Shown: positions 10,974-23,967 of the stretch, piece by piece
Position numbering within the stretch: position 1 is the first letter of the stretch
Layout of the letters: each line of letters begins with the position of its first letter
DNA from: Callorhinchus milii
Taxonomy: Eukaryota
Direction: 5' to 3'
DNA length: 64,000 nt
Assembly (NCBI RefSeq): GCF_018977255.1
Contig: NW_024704743.1
Span: forward strand, 26,972,001 to 27,036,000
Notes under the pieces: generated by a model
What the model was told of the DNA's origin: nothing
Database searches by the model: none
The model's input: the letters and a program-made list of their open reading frames with translations, nothing else
Made by a program: the position numbers and the translations under genes

Positions 10974-11251
10974 TATCCTTCCCATAAGTGCGTGCTCCAA
11001 ACTGTACAAAATACCCCAAAGAATGTGATGCCTTGACATCAGGGGTGTGTTTTTTTTAGTCAGCCTGGTGTCTGAAACATGGGGAAACCCATCACTATGT
11101 TTCAGGGATGGAATTGCTTAGTTCCGCACAAGAAAGGCCTTTAGATCTTCAGAGCAGTTCTACAACAAGACTGGGCTGATGGTCTGTGGGAGCAGCCTCT
11201 GTGATTGTTCACTGCCGTACACTCACACTCCCCTTCAGTGGAAGTTGAGGG

Positions 11252-11372
11252 TGGAATTAATGAATAATAATAATAATCCTTGGAATTAATGGATAAGAAT
11301 AATATTCCTTGGAATTAATGTCAAATGATAATAATAACCCTAGGAAATAATGATTAAAATAATAATTATAAT
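11252..11372. repeat. Short minisatellite (~29-32-bp unit, 4 copies) grown from a SINE tail
   Basis: tggaattaatg...aataatcct repeated at 11252, 11281, 11310 and (degenerate) 11342, running into a minus-strand SINE 3' end. Confidence 0.8.
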
Positions 11373-11859
11373 TTGATAGAGCATTTTATCACATGGAAGG
11401 ACATCTCAAAGCGCTTCGCAGGAATTACTGTTAAATTAAGTGAATGTATATTTTTAGGCAAATGGACAGTTGTGCATGCCATCTACTGCACTGTCCTTCA
11501 GCTCTAAGGATGAGATTAATGGATTGCTTTGATTGTCTGCTAGGTTAATGCCCTTCAATTTTGAGGGCACGCCCAGGACAGGATTAATGATGCTGTTTGA
11601 TTATTTGTTGCCTCACACCCGCTTTCACCTGGGAAGACAGGAAAGTTTCACCTCTTGGTGTCAGTTGTGCTCCGTGACTACCCATCAGTCAGCAAGGCAG
11701 GATTTGAATCCAGCAACCGAGGCAATGTCATTTTTCCATGCTTCTTGAAACAGAGCATCTTGACATGACCGCAGCAAATAGAATAGCAGAAACTCATTTG
11801 TATTGAAGTAGACAAGCTCAAATGTCAGTTCACCATTGGACTCACATTCTCAGTACCAG

Positions 11860-12340
11860 AATAGCTTTCGACTTTGGGTCAGAAGGTTGAAGCTTCAAGC
11901 CTCTTGCCAGTACCTGAGCTCATAGTCTAAGCTACTGCATTGTTGAAATTGTTGCCCTTCAGACAAGAAGGGCATAAAACTAAGGTTTTCTTCTGTGCCT
12001 GTTCTTCAGAGAGATGTTAAAGATTACCACCCAAAAGTGGAGAAAGAGAAATGAGTTTCTTCTGGTGACTTAGCCAACAATGCTGCACATAAATTGATCA
12101 TTCATTTCATGGCTTTTTGCGGAGGGGCTTGATGTGGACAAAATAGCTGCCATGTTTGCATAAATAATAATAATAAATAATAATCCTTGCATTTCTTATA
12201 GTGCATTATCGCGTTTTCGAGACGTCTCAAAGCACTTTACAGAATATATTTTGTGGGCAAAATGTGGCATACATAACACTCACTACATGTGATGATAATT
12301 GCTGTGAAGGGCTTTGAGATGTTTCAACAATATAAAAAAT
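11860..12340 (+). mobile_element. Old Deu-domain SINE with nested minus-strand SINE tail (~12165-12270)
   Basis: gtcagaaggttgaagcttcaagc head, gttaaagatt core and gtgaagggctttgagatg tail. Confidence 0.7.
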
Positions 12341-14475
12341 AACTTGTTTCTTCTTTCTTGCTCTTGATCCAGTGTCTGTGAATTAAATGTTAATTTCTGT
12401 GAGACTGCGTCCACATTGTTTAAGGAAATATAATGCATTGCTCAGCCTTGAATCATCCAAGCCACTTTTGCAGAACAACATTTTTTAACTGCATTCTCAA
12501 ACAAATTTCACATCTACCATTGTTTGGCTGGAAATGACACATTCGTTGTGTGTTACTGAATATTTGAGTTGCAAGTGTAGACTTCTTGCATCCTCAATAT
12601 TTGCTTATAATATTGACATTTCCAGCACTGATTGCATATTGGTGTCAGGCCACACTACCCCTGTGTCAGCAAAGCCAATCATTAGTTTCTACCAAGCTTT
12701 TATTAAGCCTGACATTCCTCTAGCTCTTAAGATTCACTTCTTTGCTTGGAATTACATACAGAATCTGAAGTGCATGACACACAAGGCCCCTATGGGAGTC
12801 TGAATGATAAACGAATAGTGCAGAGACACTGCTGGTGATGGGGCTATAAATGCTGATAAATGATATCCGCTCATGCATCAGCACATGGCCTGTAATCCAA
12901 TTCTTTATATCTAGTTCTTGCCATCATTGGCATCACAATAAAATTGATCTGTGGGTTTTCTATTGTCCCTGTTTCAGACCTCTGTTAAACCTGGAGTGAT
13001 AATCAGCATTATAGACCTCAGTCCCGCTGAACACTACGGCCACATTTTTTGAAGCAATAATACGCTAAGTTCCTATGTTGTAATTGTAGTTTTGCCTCTG
13101 CATTTAGGTGTGCTCATATGTTATTTCTTAGTACACCTTTATCATCATGAAATTATAGACAGATTTGATAAGTTGTAAACTGTAAGCCATGTAAGTACTT
13201 ATATTTTGTAATGAATTTAAATTGATTGTTATTAATGGATATTATTAACACTCATTAATAAGTATTAGAATGTGCGAATAGACATTTTAATCCACTTGAT
13301 TGTATCATTTCTGCCACAAATTGTGAAATAAAGATTTTATTAATCAATTATATAAAATACTGTTCCAATCAATTAAAACCATAATGGTTAATTACAAAGA
13401 GTAATTATGAAATCCTGGGTTTTAAGATTGGATAAATGGATTATCCATGCATATGGTTATATCTATTCCTGAATCCATTAGAGTACTGTTTTTTATTTTC
13501 TGTCATTGAAGAGAATTTCTTTCAAATGGCATTTTGTACCTGGGAATATAGTCTTATTGCATTTCAGCAATAGCCCCTCAACATATAATAAAAAATAATA
13601 ATCCTTGCATTGAATATAGCCCCTTATCACATCTTCAAGACATCTCAAAGCACTTCACAGAATATACTGCAAAGTGTTTTGACTGTATATTTTGTGGGTG
13701 ATATAAGATGGACTAGGAGAAAACAGATGTTTGTTCTTTAGTTGGTTACATGTCTTGACTTCTAATCACTGTTCTGGTTATGTCTGGTAACTTTAAACGT
13801 TACCCCCAATTAGGTAAATAACAAACATCTCTAAATTAATGAATTCATGAAATAAAATCTCTAAATAAAATCATTTCTTTTCTTCAAAATCATCTTCTCA
13901 CTTTAAGAGCAGAATTATACATTCTCTGTTCATCTCACAGAACAGTGATTATGTGGAACACGCTGCCAGCAAAACACTTTATTGCCCTGATTATTTGGCC
14001 CAAAAAACTGGAATAATGGTCTTTCTGGACTTTTATTGGAGGCTATAAGATAGATGCAAACTGAGGTGAACAAATATGCCAAGGGACAAAATATTTCTGT
14101 TGGGATTAAGGGGTGTGGATATACCCTCCAAGAGGAAGGAGGATACATTTGAATTATGAAGATGTGGAGATGATTAAAACTGTGTTTTTAGCTTGAGAAC
14201 AATCAACTAAACAGACTTTTCTCAATATTGTCGGCCAAACAATGCTTTGTATAACTGCAGCAGGACTTCCAATTTTTAAACTCCAGAACCTTGTTATAAG
14301 GCCTAAAATCCCACAAGCCTTTTGATTGCTTTCCTTTCCACTGCTATCTCTCAGGAACAGCAACAACAACTACAACAACTTGCAATTATATAGTGCTCTG
14401 CACAAAGGGTTCCGTCTCAGAGTACTTAAAGTGGCAGAGCATGACTCCGACCTGGGGTGGGGGGTGGGGACATAG

Positions 14476-14784
14476 AATAATAATAATAATAATAATAATA
14501 ATCCTTGCATTTGATATAGCGCTTTTCACGTCGGGAGGACGTCCCAAAGCGTTTTACAGAACACACTGTAAAGTGAATTGACTGTATATTTGTGGGCGAA
14601 CGCGGCAGCCAATTGCGCACAACAATGTCCCACAAACAGTCGTAGATTAAAAATGACCAATTTATTATTGATTTTGGAGGGATTATTATTAGGCGTGTGG
14701 AGTAAGGAAACTTGCCCAAGGTTTCGCCCTCTGCCTGGAATTGAACTCAGGTCTCTCGCTTGCAAAGTGAGTGCTCTAACCACT
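14476..14784 (-). mobile_element. Young tRNA(Ala)-derived SINE, slightly 5'-truncated
   Basis: Near-identical reverse complement of the 1775-2101 family. Confidence 0.95.
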
Positions 14785-15225
14785 TCTCAAAACAGGAGTA
14801 GGCCATTCAACCCCTCAAGCCTGTCCGCCACTCTTATGGCTAATTTGTACCTCAACTCCAAACCTTGCCCCATATCCCTTGATAACCTTAGCTAACAAAT
14901 ATCTATCCACCTCAGGCTTGAAAATGTGAATGGATCCAGCATCCACAGCCTTTTGGGGGAGAGAGATCTAGATTTCCACTATCCTTTGGGGGAAAAACTG
15001 CCTCCTGATTTCACTCCTAAATGGCCTAGCTCTAATTTTAAGATTATGTCCCCTTGTTATGGATTCCTCCACCAGAGGAAATAGTTTCTCTGTATCTACT
15101 GTATCAACCCTATCAAATCTCCTTATTATTTTAAAAACTTCAATTGGATCGCCCCTCAACCTTCTAAACTCAAGGAAATAGAGACCGAGTTTATGCAATC
15201 TGTCCTTATAATTTAACTAATTAAG
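14785..15225 (-). mobile_element. CR1 LINE 3' end
   Basis: ORF 14968-15198 (LEFRRLRGDPIEVFKII...TRGHNLKI...FFPQRIV) is the CR1 ORF2 C-terminus; tail gaatggcctactcctg. Confidence 0.9.
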
Positions 15226-15249
15226 ATCCTTTTATAACAATTTTATAAC

Positions 15250-15620
15250 AATAATTCTTCTAGTCAAGTTAGCGCCTTTCACGTTCACGGGATGTCTCAA
15301 AGCACTTCTCAAATTTTACTTTGAAGTGTTTTTTGCATGTGAAGGTGGCAGCCAATTTGCACATAGCAACTTTTTCTGGAGGATTGAAGGCCGGAACATT
15401 GGGAGAAATTCACTTCTCTTTTCGAATAGTGCCATGGGAATTTTAACCTCCATCTGAACAGGCAGAGGGGACCTCAGTTTAGTGTCTCATTGAAAGAACT
15501 GCACTCCTCCAGCACTGCATTAGAGTGTCCAACTAGGAATTCAAAGTGCTGATATTGAGATTAAATCTACAACCTTCTAACTCAGGCATCAGAGTGTCAT
15601 CAACTGAGCCAGGTTGACAC
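15250..15620 (-). mobile_element. Old Deu-domain SINE
   Basis: Reverse-complement Deu core (gaatagtgccatggg...ctgaacaggcag) and head (ctgagccaggttgacac). Confidence 0.8.
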
Positions 15621-17479
15621 CTGAGTTTAGCTGATTACATACATCTTTTTATTTGTTATCCTTGCCCCAGTATTTCCTAATTTAGAGTGTATTCCTATTT
15701 TTATCACTGAAGTGGAAAATGTACTCCCTCACATTTTGCTATGTTTGAAATCTATGTTTTCACTTTTCTTTCACCGTACTTTCACTTAATCTGTCTTTAT
15801 CCAGTTACAAAGTTCTGCTCTCTTCTATACAACTTATTTCACTTGAGGCCAGCTCCAGCACAATATTGGTATATCAACAGAGATCTAAATCATACGTTAA
15901 ATCTGATCAATCACAGTTTTTTGCTTAGGGGCTTAGTTATGCAAAGATATTTTATTCTTTGAAACTTTAGTAACAACCAGTTTTGTCTCACTGCCAAAAT
16001 AATTTCTTGTCAGCATTGAACACTGTATTTTTGTGTTAAAAGAGCAGAAATTACAATTTTTCAATTTGTAGATGTGTGCACCAGTAACTTCTCTGGTCTT
16101 TAAGCACTCAGAGACTCTATGCTACATAAATGCAAGTTGCTGTGGATTTTGCATAATACAAGCTATTGGTATTACAAATATGCTTAAACAAGTTAACAGT
16201 CTTAACCATTTCATCCATCCATTTCCCATTTTTGAAAATCTAATATTCATTATTAAGCTTTTTGGGACATTCTCCCGGCATGAAGGGTGCTGTATAAATG
16301 TAAATTGTGTTATATATTAGTGTATTTTATTTGACTGGTAAGATTCATGTATTTAAATGCAGTTTTGCTACATGTTGGGTTCTCACATTTAATGTACACT
16401 GAAGTGACCAGATGTTTGCTGGATGATAAATTAACACTTTTCAGCCTTGAACAGAGACCACAATAATATAATTTATAAAGTTGTCAGAGGACATTGCAAA
16501 GCTCTTCACACAATAGAGTGGTGGGGGAAGCTGAGGAGATTGAAGAGATAGGTCTTAATGTGAGTTTTGAAGGTGGAGAGTGAGGGTAAGAGGCACAAGG
16601 ATTGTACCAAGGAGTTCCAGAGAGTGTGGGGGCAGAATAGCTGAAAGCTCCCCCACCAATGATGGGGTCTCATTTCATGAGATGAAGCAACATTAGAAAG
16701 GGGGGGGCATGTAAGTGAAGTTAGGAAAATAAACCAAAAATGATATGTTCAGATATGGACAAGAGAGCACAAGTTATCAAGGATAATTGTAGGACAGGTA
16801 CTAGAAAATAATTACTTGGATTTAAAGGCAGACAACAAGTACAACAGGATACCAGGAAGATGTTTGAGGTCAGAATATTTAGACAATGGATGCTGCAACG
16901 AAAAGATAAATGGGATTGCTATTCTATAAGGATAAAATCAAATGGCCAAAGGGCCTTCTTAATCTGAACCTCTCTTGGGGAAAGCGCCAATATAATAATA
17001 TTTAAACCAGTAAGTGTACCTTAATTAGGTCAACAGAAAGTGCTTGTTTCATATTTAAGTATTCCAAGAACATTTCAGGAACATAGTTGTCTCAGTGCAG
17101 AGATTTCAAATGGGCTCACTCAGTTCCTCAAATAGCTAATGCTGGTAAACATGTTCAGCTGGATTGAGTCGATCACATATTGTTCCACTGTATTTCGCTT
17201 CTACTATCAATTTAATTGTCTCCATTTGTTAGTTTGGGAATCATTGTATCTAATTGATCGGTGAAAACGCTGGAAATTTTGGTTTCTTCACCTGTTTATC
17301 TTCAGGAAGTGATTTTCTGCTTGTAATAAAGCAATTGATTTTTTCCCCAGTTAAATAGTTCTTGTTTGTTAATGGTTTTAGCTGGTGATCAATAAGGTGA
17401 AAGCCAAGAATTTAAACTCTCTTAGCTGTTAGCTCCATCAGTAAGAGTCCCTTGCTCATAATTGATAAGGCTGCTTAAA

Positions 17480-17743
17480 GCAATTCAAGTTCTTCTTATC
17501 AAAATCCAAGGATCGAATTCTCATTAAACTATCCTTAGTAGCATTTCATCAAGCATAGCTATTGAGCAGCTGTTCTGCTGCTTCCAAATGAATTGAAATA
17601 GTAGAAAAAAGTAGACATTCTTCAGTACCAATGATGATTATTAAATTCATTTTGATGCTTCTTAGAATAGGTTGATCCATGGGTGAAACTAATTGCAGAG
17701 ATTTTACTATTCTGGCAATAATGAGGACAGTGAGTTCATTCAT
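17480..17743 (-). pseudogene. Possible ancient pogo/Tigger-type DDE transposase relic
   Basis: SPMDQPILRSIK resembles the DDE_1 motif QPMDQG(I/V)IRS(L/F)K, followed by a plausible 'A..LL...AW' helix with TGG read as TGA. Only this short motif supports the call. Confidence 0.3.
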
Positions 17744-18087
17744 TTTCTCAGATGAAAACCATGGTATATGATCAGATAATTATCATGGACTTTATGCTTC
17801 TGGGGCTGTCACAGTCGATATTGAATAGCTCTTTGTAAGGTCACAGTATTAGGGGCAAGGGCAGGTAATTGGACTTCAGGTACAGATCAGCCACAATCTT
17901 ATAGAATGGTGGAACAGGCTTGAGGGGCTGAATGGCCTACTCCTGTTTCTGTGTTGCTATAATCCCACAAGGTAACATCCCTAACTTGTTCAAATAGTTT
18001 CACCTAAACTCCAATTTGTTTAGCTGTTCAGATAACTGGCTGTGATTCTGACACAGAAATCATATATATCCTAACATTTCAGTGACA

Positions 18088-18451
18088 GTATTCTTGTAGC
18101 GCATTGATTAGAGCACTCGCCTGGCAAGTAAGAAGACCCGGGTTCGATACCTGGGCAGGGCGAACCCTTAAGCAAGTTGCCTTATTCCAGATGCCTCTGT
18201 CTTCCTCGCAGTAAGTAGAAACCCAGTTGTTAGTTAATTGGCGGATCGCTTACAAGGGTAATAATCCCTTTAAAAAATTATAATTTAGTCACTCAATCCA
18301 AGATTGTTTATTGGACGCTGCTGTGCGAAATTGGCTGCCACGTTTCGCTCACAGGATGCACAGTCAATTAACTTTAGTGTATACTCTTTGAGATATCTCA
18401 ACCTCGTGATGAGGTGTTGTATCAAATGCAAGGATTATTATTATTATTATA
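18088..18451 (+). mobile_element. Older subfamily of the tRNA(Ala)-headed SINE
   Basis: Same head and tail as the young family, plus an internal ~60-bp segment (gcagtaagtagaaacccag...ggcggatcgct). Confidence 0.9.
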
Positions 18452-18975
18452 TTCCCTGAATGGACATTGAAGGAATTTGTGTGGTGATGGAATCAAAGAC
18501 TCCACTTGCCAGATCTAGCTGTAGGGAGCGACTTTGGTGGGAAAACATATAAACAAAGTCAGGGGGTGTTCTATTCTGTCAGTTGTCAACCAGGACATTT
18601 TAAGAATATCCACAATGGGATAATTAAGTTTCATATACCTCATGTTTCTCCCTATATTGGTTAATCACTGCATATCCACCAATAGGTCAGTACAATTTGT
18701 GTGTTTGTGAAGATATTTGCAAAGATGGCTTGCTTTCTCCTTGCAAATCAGAATTCAGTGCTCTAGAATTGTTGGAGGAAAGTGCTGATATAAGGCAAAA
18801 CGAGAAGATTCCAAAAGTATTGGCGATTTATTAGACACAGCTGGAACACCTCTTATTTCTACCAACATATAATTTAGAACCATAGACATTTACAGCACAG
18901 AAGAAAAACATTGAGTGCATCATGTCTGTGCTGGCTCTTTGAAAAAACAATCCATTCACTCCCACTTACATATGA

Positions 18976-19360
18976 TAATAATAATCATTGCATTTGATAT
19001 AACGCCTTATCACATCTTTGAGACATTTCAAAGAGCTTCACAGAGTATACTGTAAAGTAAATTGATTGTACATTTTGTGGTCGAAATGCGGCAGCCAATT
19101 GCGTGCAGCAGTGTCCCACAAACAATCGTGGATTGAGTGACCAAATTATTATTATTTGATTATTTATTTTATAGAAGGGATTATTACCCCAAATAAAGTG
19201 ATCCACCAATTGTCTAACACCTGGGTTCCTACTTGCTGCTAGGTGAAAGGAGGCTTGTGGAGTAAGGAAGCTTGCCCAACATTTCGCCCTGCCAGGATTC
19301 AAACCCAGATCCTCTCGCTTGCAAGGTAAGTACTCTAACCACTAAACTAGTCCTGTAGCT
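18976..19360 (-). mobile_element. Older subfamily of the tRNA(Ala)-headed SINE
   Basis: Reverse complement with the internal segment; the 5'-terminal 12 nt are inverted (19349-19360). Confidence 0.9.
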
Positions 19361-20384
19361 TATATGGCTTTTCTCTATTAAAATTAGTCTTTCTTTAGAT
19401 GTTCTTGTTCCCTACTGAGAGCTAATCTGGATCGTACATCAACCACCACACCCGGCATGAAATTCCACATTCTAAATGTGTAAAAAAAAATCCTTCTGAT
19501 TATCCACTTTGATCCTCTGTTAATTATCTTACATAGCTGCCCTCCAGTCACTCACTCACCGACCAGTGGAAATAATTTGTCCCTATCGACATTATCAATA
19601 CCTTTCATCATTTAAAAAATCTGTATATCATGTCTCATTCAGTTTTCTTTATTCCAATGAAAATCAGCCCAGTTCCTCTATTCCTTCAGTCACTGTTCAC
19701 AGGACATGTAATTTACTGTGAAAGAGTGTCCAGATTTTTAATTTGTATCAAGTTTATGTATAGCAACAAATGCATGTGAGTCCAACAAGTGTCTACTGAA
19801 TTGCAGATATGATACAATATTATTGCATTGTGGTGTTAGCATAATGTCAATGTCCATTATTGGAGATTATCTATCACTGGGTAAGTTTTGGGGGGATTCG
19901 TTCCAATAAATATGCAATGATGTGCAATATTTCTGGAAGTGAATCAGACTTATTATGCAACAAATTAATGACACAGACCTTTAAACCCCAGCAACTTAAA
20001 ACTTGTCCTTCATATAATCTCAGAATCTTTAAAACATGCCAGTAAATCTTGTAATGGCACTGCATTAATTCTCTGAGTTCCTGGAAGAATTCAAATTGCC
20101 CGTGTTTAAAATTCATAGCATACTGTCAGAGGCATGATTTCCCACTAGAGTTTGCACTGAAAATAACAGGCTTCAATGAATGTACGTGTTAGGCTCCACG
20201 AGCAATCCTACAATATTATATTTTGTCATATTTTACATAGTATATTAGTATTGTATATAATAATAGATAACATAATCTGGAGAAGGAATATCCTATGTAC
20301 TGGTAAATCAACTGCCAATTATATCTCAATATATTTTCACTAATGACTTTGCCATAGTTAAACCTCTTGGGCTAATATATATTT

Positions 20385-20750
20385 TAAAAATTGCATTTGA
20401 TATAGCACCTTTTACAACAGAAGGATGTCTCAAAGCACTTAGCAGGATTTACTGTAAAGTGTATTGACTGTGTATTTGGAGGCGAACAGAACCGCAGCTA
20501 GTTTGCACACAGCAATGTCTCACAACCAGCCTTGAAGTGCATGACCAATTTTATCTGTGGGATTGTTGGTCAGGACACTGAGAGAAACTCCATTCTTTTT
20601 TTGAATCATGCCATGGGATCTTTAATGTTCCACCTGAACAGGCAGACGGGACTTTGGTTTATCAATTCATCTGAAGGACGGCACTTCCAACAATGAAGCA
20701 CATCCCAGCATTGCTTTGGAGTGTCAGCCTAGACGACATGAGTTCAAACA
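20385..20750 (-). mobile_element. Old Deu-domain SINE
   Basis: Tail ttgcatttgatatagcacc; core gccatgggatctttaatgttccacctgaacaggcagacggg. Confidence 0.85.
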
Positions 20751-21974
20751 CAATCTCATCACTCATCAAGAATATGGTGAGTATTGTTATTGCTGGCATA
20801 AAATAAGACTAAAAACAAAATAAAATGCTATGCAATGTTTAAAAAATAGCAAACATTACAATTCAAAACAGATCTTGGAATGTTTGTGGTACTATAATAT
20901 TGGATTTTAAATAATGGTTATAAACCACCTGAAGTGTACTCTTGCTTTTAAACTGTCATCTACTCCCTTGATTATCCTATGTGTTTATTATTCTGTATGC
21001 AATAGGGCTGTTTGCCAACTAAATTCACAATATTATTTATATAGATTACAATGTTTCCCTTTAAAATTGAACTGACACTTATAATTATGCATAGTTTTTA
21101 TTCCCCCCTTTATATTCTTTTCTACTCATGGTGAGGTACAGTTTATTGGCGCTAGTCACATGATGGCAATGTGCTTATTTTATACTGCTTACATACTGAA
21201 CTCATTGATGTTATTTTCAGCGAACATCCCCTGCAGGTTCTCATGTAAGGCTGCACTGTAATTTACTGTGGTCACTGGTCTATTGCATGTTTGGTGGCTC
21301 AATTGGCTTGTAATTAATCAAAACACATTAGACTCAGAGCTGCAGCCATTGTTTTATTCCCATTAATACAAGCTCGTAAAAAAATCTACTGGCTCTGGTT
21401 TTGTATAAATTTAATTTGTTGTATCAATTGACTTGGATTGGGCAATTTTCCCCCAGTGTTCCCACTTTGGTTTGGAAGCATTGTCATTATGTAGCCATTT
21501 TCCATGAAAATTATGAGTTTCTGCTCTAATGGTGGGCTAATTTCTGTGAAGTTTGGTTTCACAGCTGCAGCCACATTACAAACAGTAGGTGGCATTCCTT
21601 CTAAACATGCATAAAACCCTGATACCATGCAGTATAATACTGTACGTGTTACAGTAAAGTTGTAAAACCAGGGATTTTGCAAATCCCTGAAATTTTCAGT
21701 AAAGTTATGAAACCATGAAATCACTGAAATTAGGAGTTAGGAATTTTGTACAAAAGTGATCCCAGCAATGGATAGTGGTAGAGGGGATCCGGGGAACATC
21801 CTTGGTGTTATCATTCGGATGCTATACCGAATGCAAGTATTATCATGATTATACAGCACCTTTCACATCAGAAGGAAGTATTGAAGCGCTTCACAGGATT
21901 ATAGTGCAGTGACTGTGTACTTTATGGATAATATTCACCTGGACTTGCTGCGTATAAAGCAGCCCATGTGAATG

Positions 21975-22361
21975 TAGCCGGAAGCAAACTTCTTCAGAAA
22001 GTTCTACAGAAAATAGAAAGATCTTAAGAGAGCTGCCACAGCCTGGGGGTTGAATGGCCTCCACTGTGTTGTACAATGCTACAATGGTAGGATGTATGCA
22101 CGGAGTCTTAATACCACCAAGCTCCTCCTTCGCCATTAACATGCATGTGAAAAGGCCTGGGGGAAGATTACTAAGCAGTTCAACATAATCTCTCATGTTT
22201 GGAGTGATGTCAGGAAACATTTTAATAGGTTTAGGAAAAGCATGAAGGAAAAGATTGTGATCAAGTGCCAGGGAAGAAGAAGCAGTGGGGAAGAAACTTA
22301 TCCACAGACGGAGCTGACTCTTATAGACACTCATTTTAAAGTCAGTAAACTTTGGAAGTAG
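21975..22361 (+). pseudogene. Degenerate Myb/SANT-like DNA-binding gene of PIF/Harbinger transposon type
   Basis: The plus-strand frame 22140-22358 is stop-free and reads HACEKAWGKITKQFNIISHVWSDVRKHFNRFRKSMKEKIVIKCQGRRSSGEETYPQTELTLID. This matches the Harbinger Myb pattern K..AW..I...(F/V)N......W....RK.FN.L....K.K......R..GG......LT..E. An RK(A)NFSE-like N-terminus lies at ~21978, separated by a short CR1-like tail at ~22046-22087. Confidence 0.6.
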
Positions 22362-22562
22362 GTTGACTTTTGGAGAACTCTGAATAGTGAATGGCACATT
22401 AATAAACTTGGTAAATATGTTTAGAAAGTTTCCCTCTGTTCATAACCTAAGTCAAACTCATAATGTTGAGAGCCTTTTCATATAAAATTAATGTGGTACA
22501 GAATGCATGTTGTTCATGTTTTAATGGAAACTTTGGCAGTAAATCTAAGTACTGATGGTTTA

Positions 22563-22875
22563 TAATAATCCTTAAAAATCCTTGCATTTGATAAAGTGCC
22601 TTATCAGGTTTTGGAGATGTCTAAAAGAGCTTCACAGAATATACTGTAAAATGAATTGACTATTATATTCTGTGGGTGAAAAGCTGCAGCCAATTGCACA
22701 TAGCAGTGTCCCACAAACAATCATGGATTAAGCGACCAATTTATTGTTATTATTATTTTTGAAGGAATTATTATCCCCGGTAAAGTGATACACCAATCTA
22801 CTAACAACTGGGTTTCTACTTACTGCTAGGTAAACAGGCGAGTGCGGAGTAAGGGAACTTACTCAACGTTTCATT
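22563..22875 (-). mobile_element. Older subfamily of the tRNA(Ala)-headed SINE, 5'-truncated
   Basis: Tail plus internal segment (ggtttctacttactgctaggtaaac). Confidence 0.85.
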
Positions 22876-23669
22876 CTTTCTTGTATCTGTCTTGAAATCA
22901 CCCTTCACAACCCTGAACCTGCCTGTGATCTCTTTCTGCCTTGGTGTATCTGGGAGTACTCCTTTGGGTTTAATTTTTCTACCTGAGTTATACCTTGATA
23001 ATGTCCCCTCTGAGAAGGCAGAAGAGCCATATCTTATCTATTACTTAATCACAGCTCATCCCTCCAAGACCGAGAATCAACCATGTTGTTCCCTGCACTG
23101 CCTCAAGGGGCTGGGCAGCCCTCTAATGTTTCTATAGTCTGTATTGTCCTTGGAGTATGTTCTTTGTTTCCACATTGTTCATGTGTGTTTGTCCAATATT
23201 TGTTTGTTGAATAAGAATGAAGAAGATTTCTAGAATCCTAGTAGAGTAATGCTTTAACAAGGGACATTTTCCTAATCAATTATATTGAAAACTTCTACAA
23301 TGTTCTCATTCTTTGAGTGAGAAGTTATATTATTTATGGTACATGCATAATTTTATGCTTACTTCCTAAACAAATTCACAATTCATAATTAATTTTGCTG
23401 ATGAAATTATGTGACTGAAATCACAGAAGAATTCCTCCTCATATGACCTTTTTGAAGTTTGCTACAGCTGAATAGATAAGGAAGGTTGACAGAAATCTCT
23501 TTGAGTAATTACATTGCAGCCCTGAACATAAAGCCGTTGAAATTGTAGACAATTCTCAATAATCAAAGGAACATTCTCATTCTATCTGTATTAAATAGGC
23601 ACACAAATCCTGTGCCTGCCTATAATTTTAAATAATAATAATCCTTGTATTATTATTGTAATTGTAAAT

Positions 23670-23967
23670 GATCCTGTCGTTACGATGAAAACCAACATCC
23701 TGTCTACCTTTTCATGTGGATATTATTGATCCCATGGAACTACTTGAAAACAGAACGAGCCTGTGTCCTGGCTAAACAATCCCCCAGATAAAATTGGTCA
23801 TTCCCTTCATCACTGTTTGTGGGACTTTGATCTGTCCAAATTGGCTGCTGTGTTAGCCTGCAAAATACACAGATACTTTTTCACTTTATAGTAAATACTA
23901 TGAAGGGCTTTGAGATATCACATGAGAGGCACATATCAAATGTGAGGATTATTATTTATTATTATTA
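23670..23967 (+). mobile_element. Old Deu-domain SINE, 3' two-thirds
   Basis: gatcccatgg...gtgtcctggc...aaattggtcatt...gaggattattatt. Confidence 0.75.

Noticed and set aside
21891..22397. 168-aa minus-strand ORF as a gene
   Set aside because: It has no recognisable domain and spans repeat fragments; the meaningful frame is the Myb/SANT-like one on the opposite strand.
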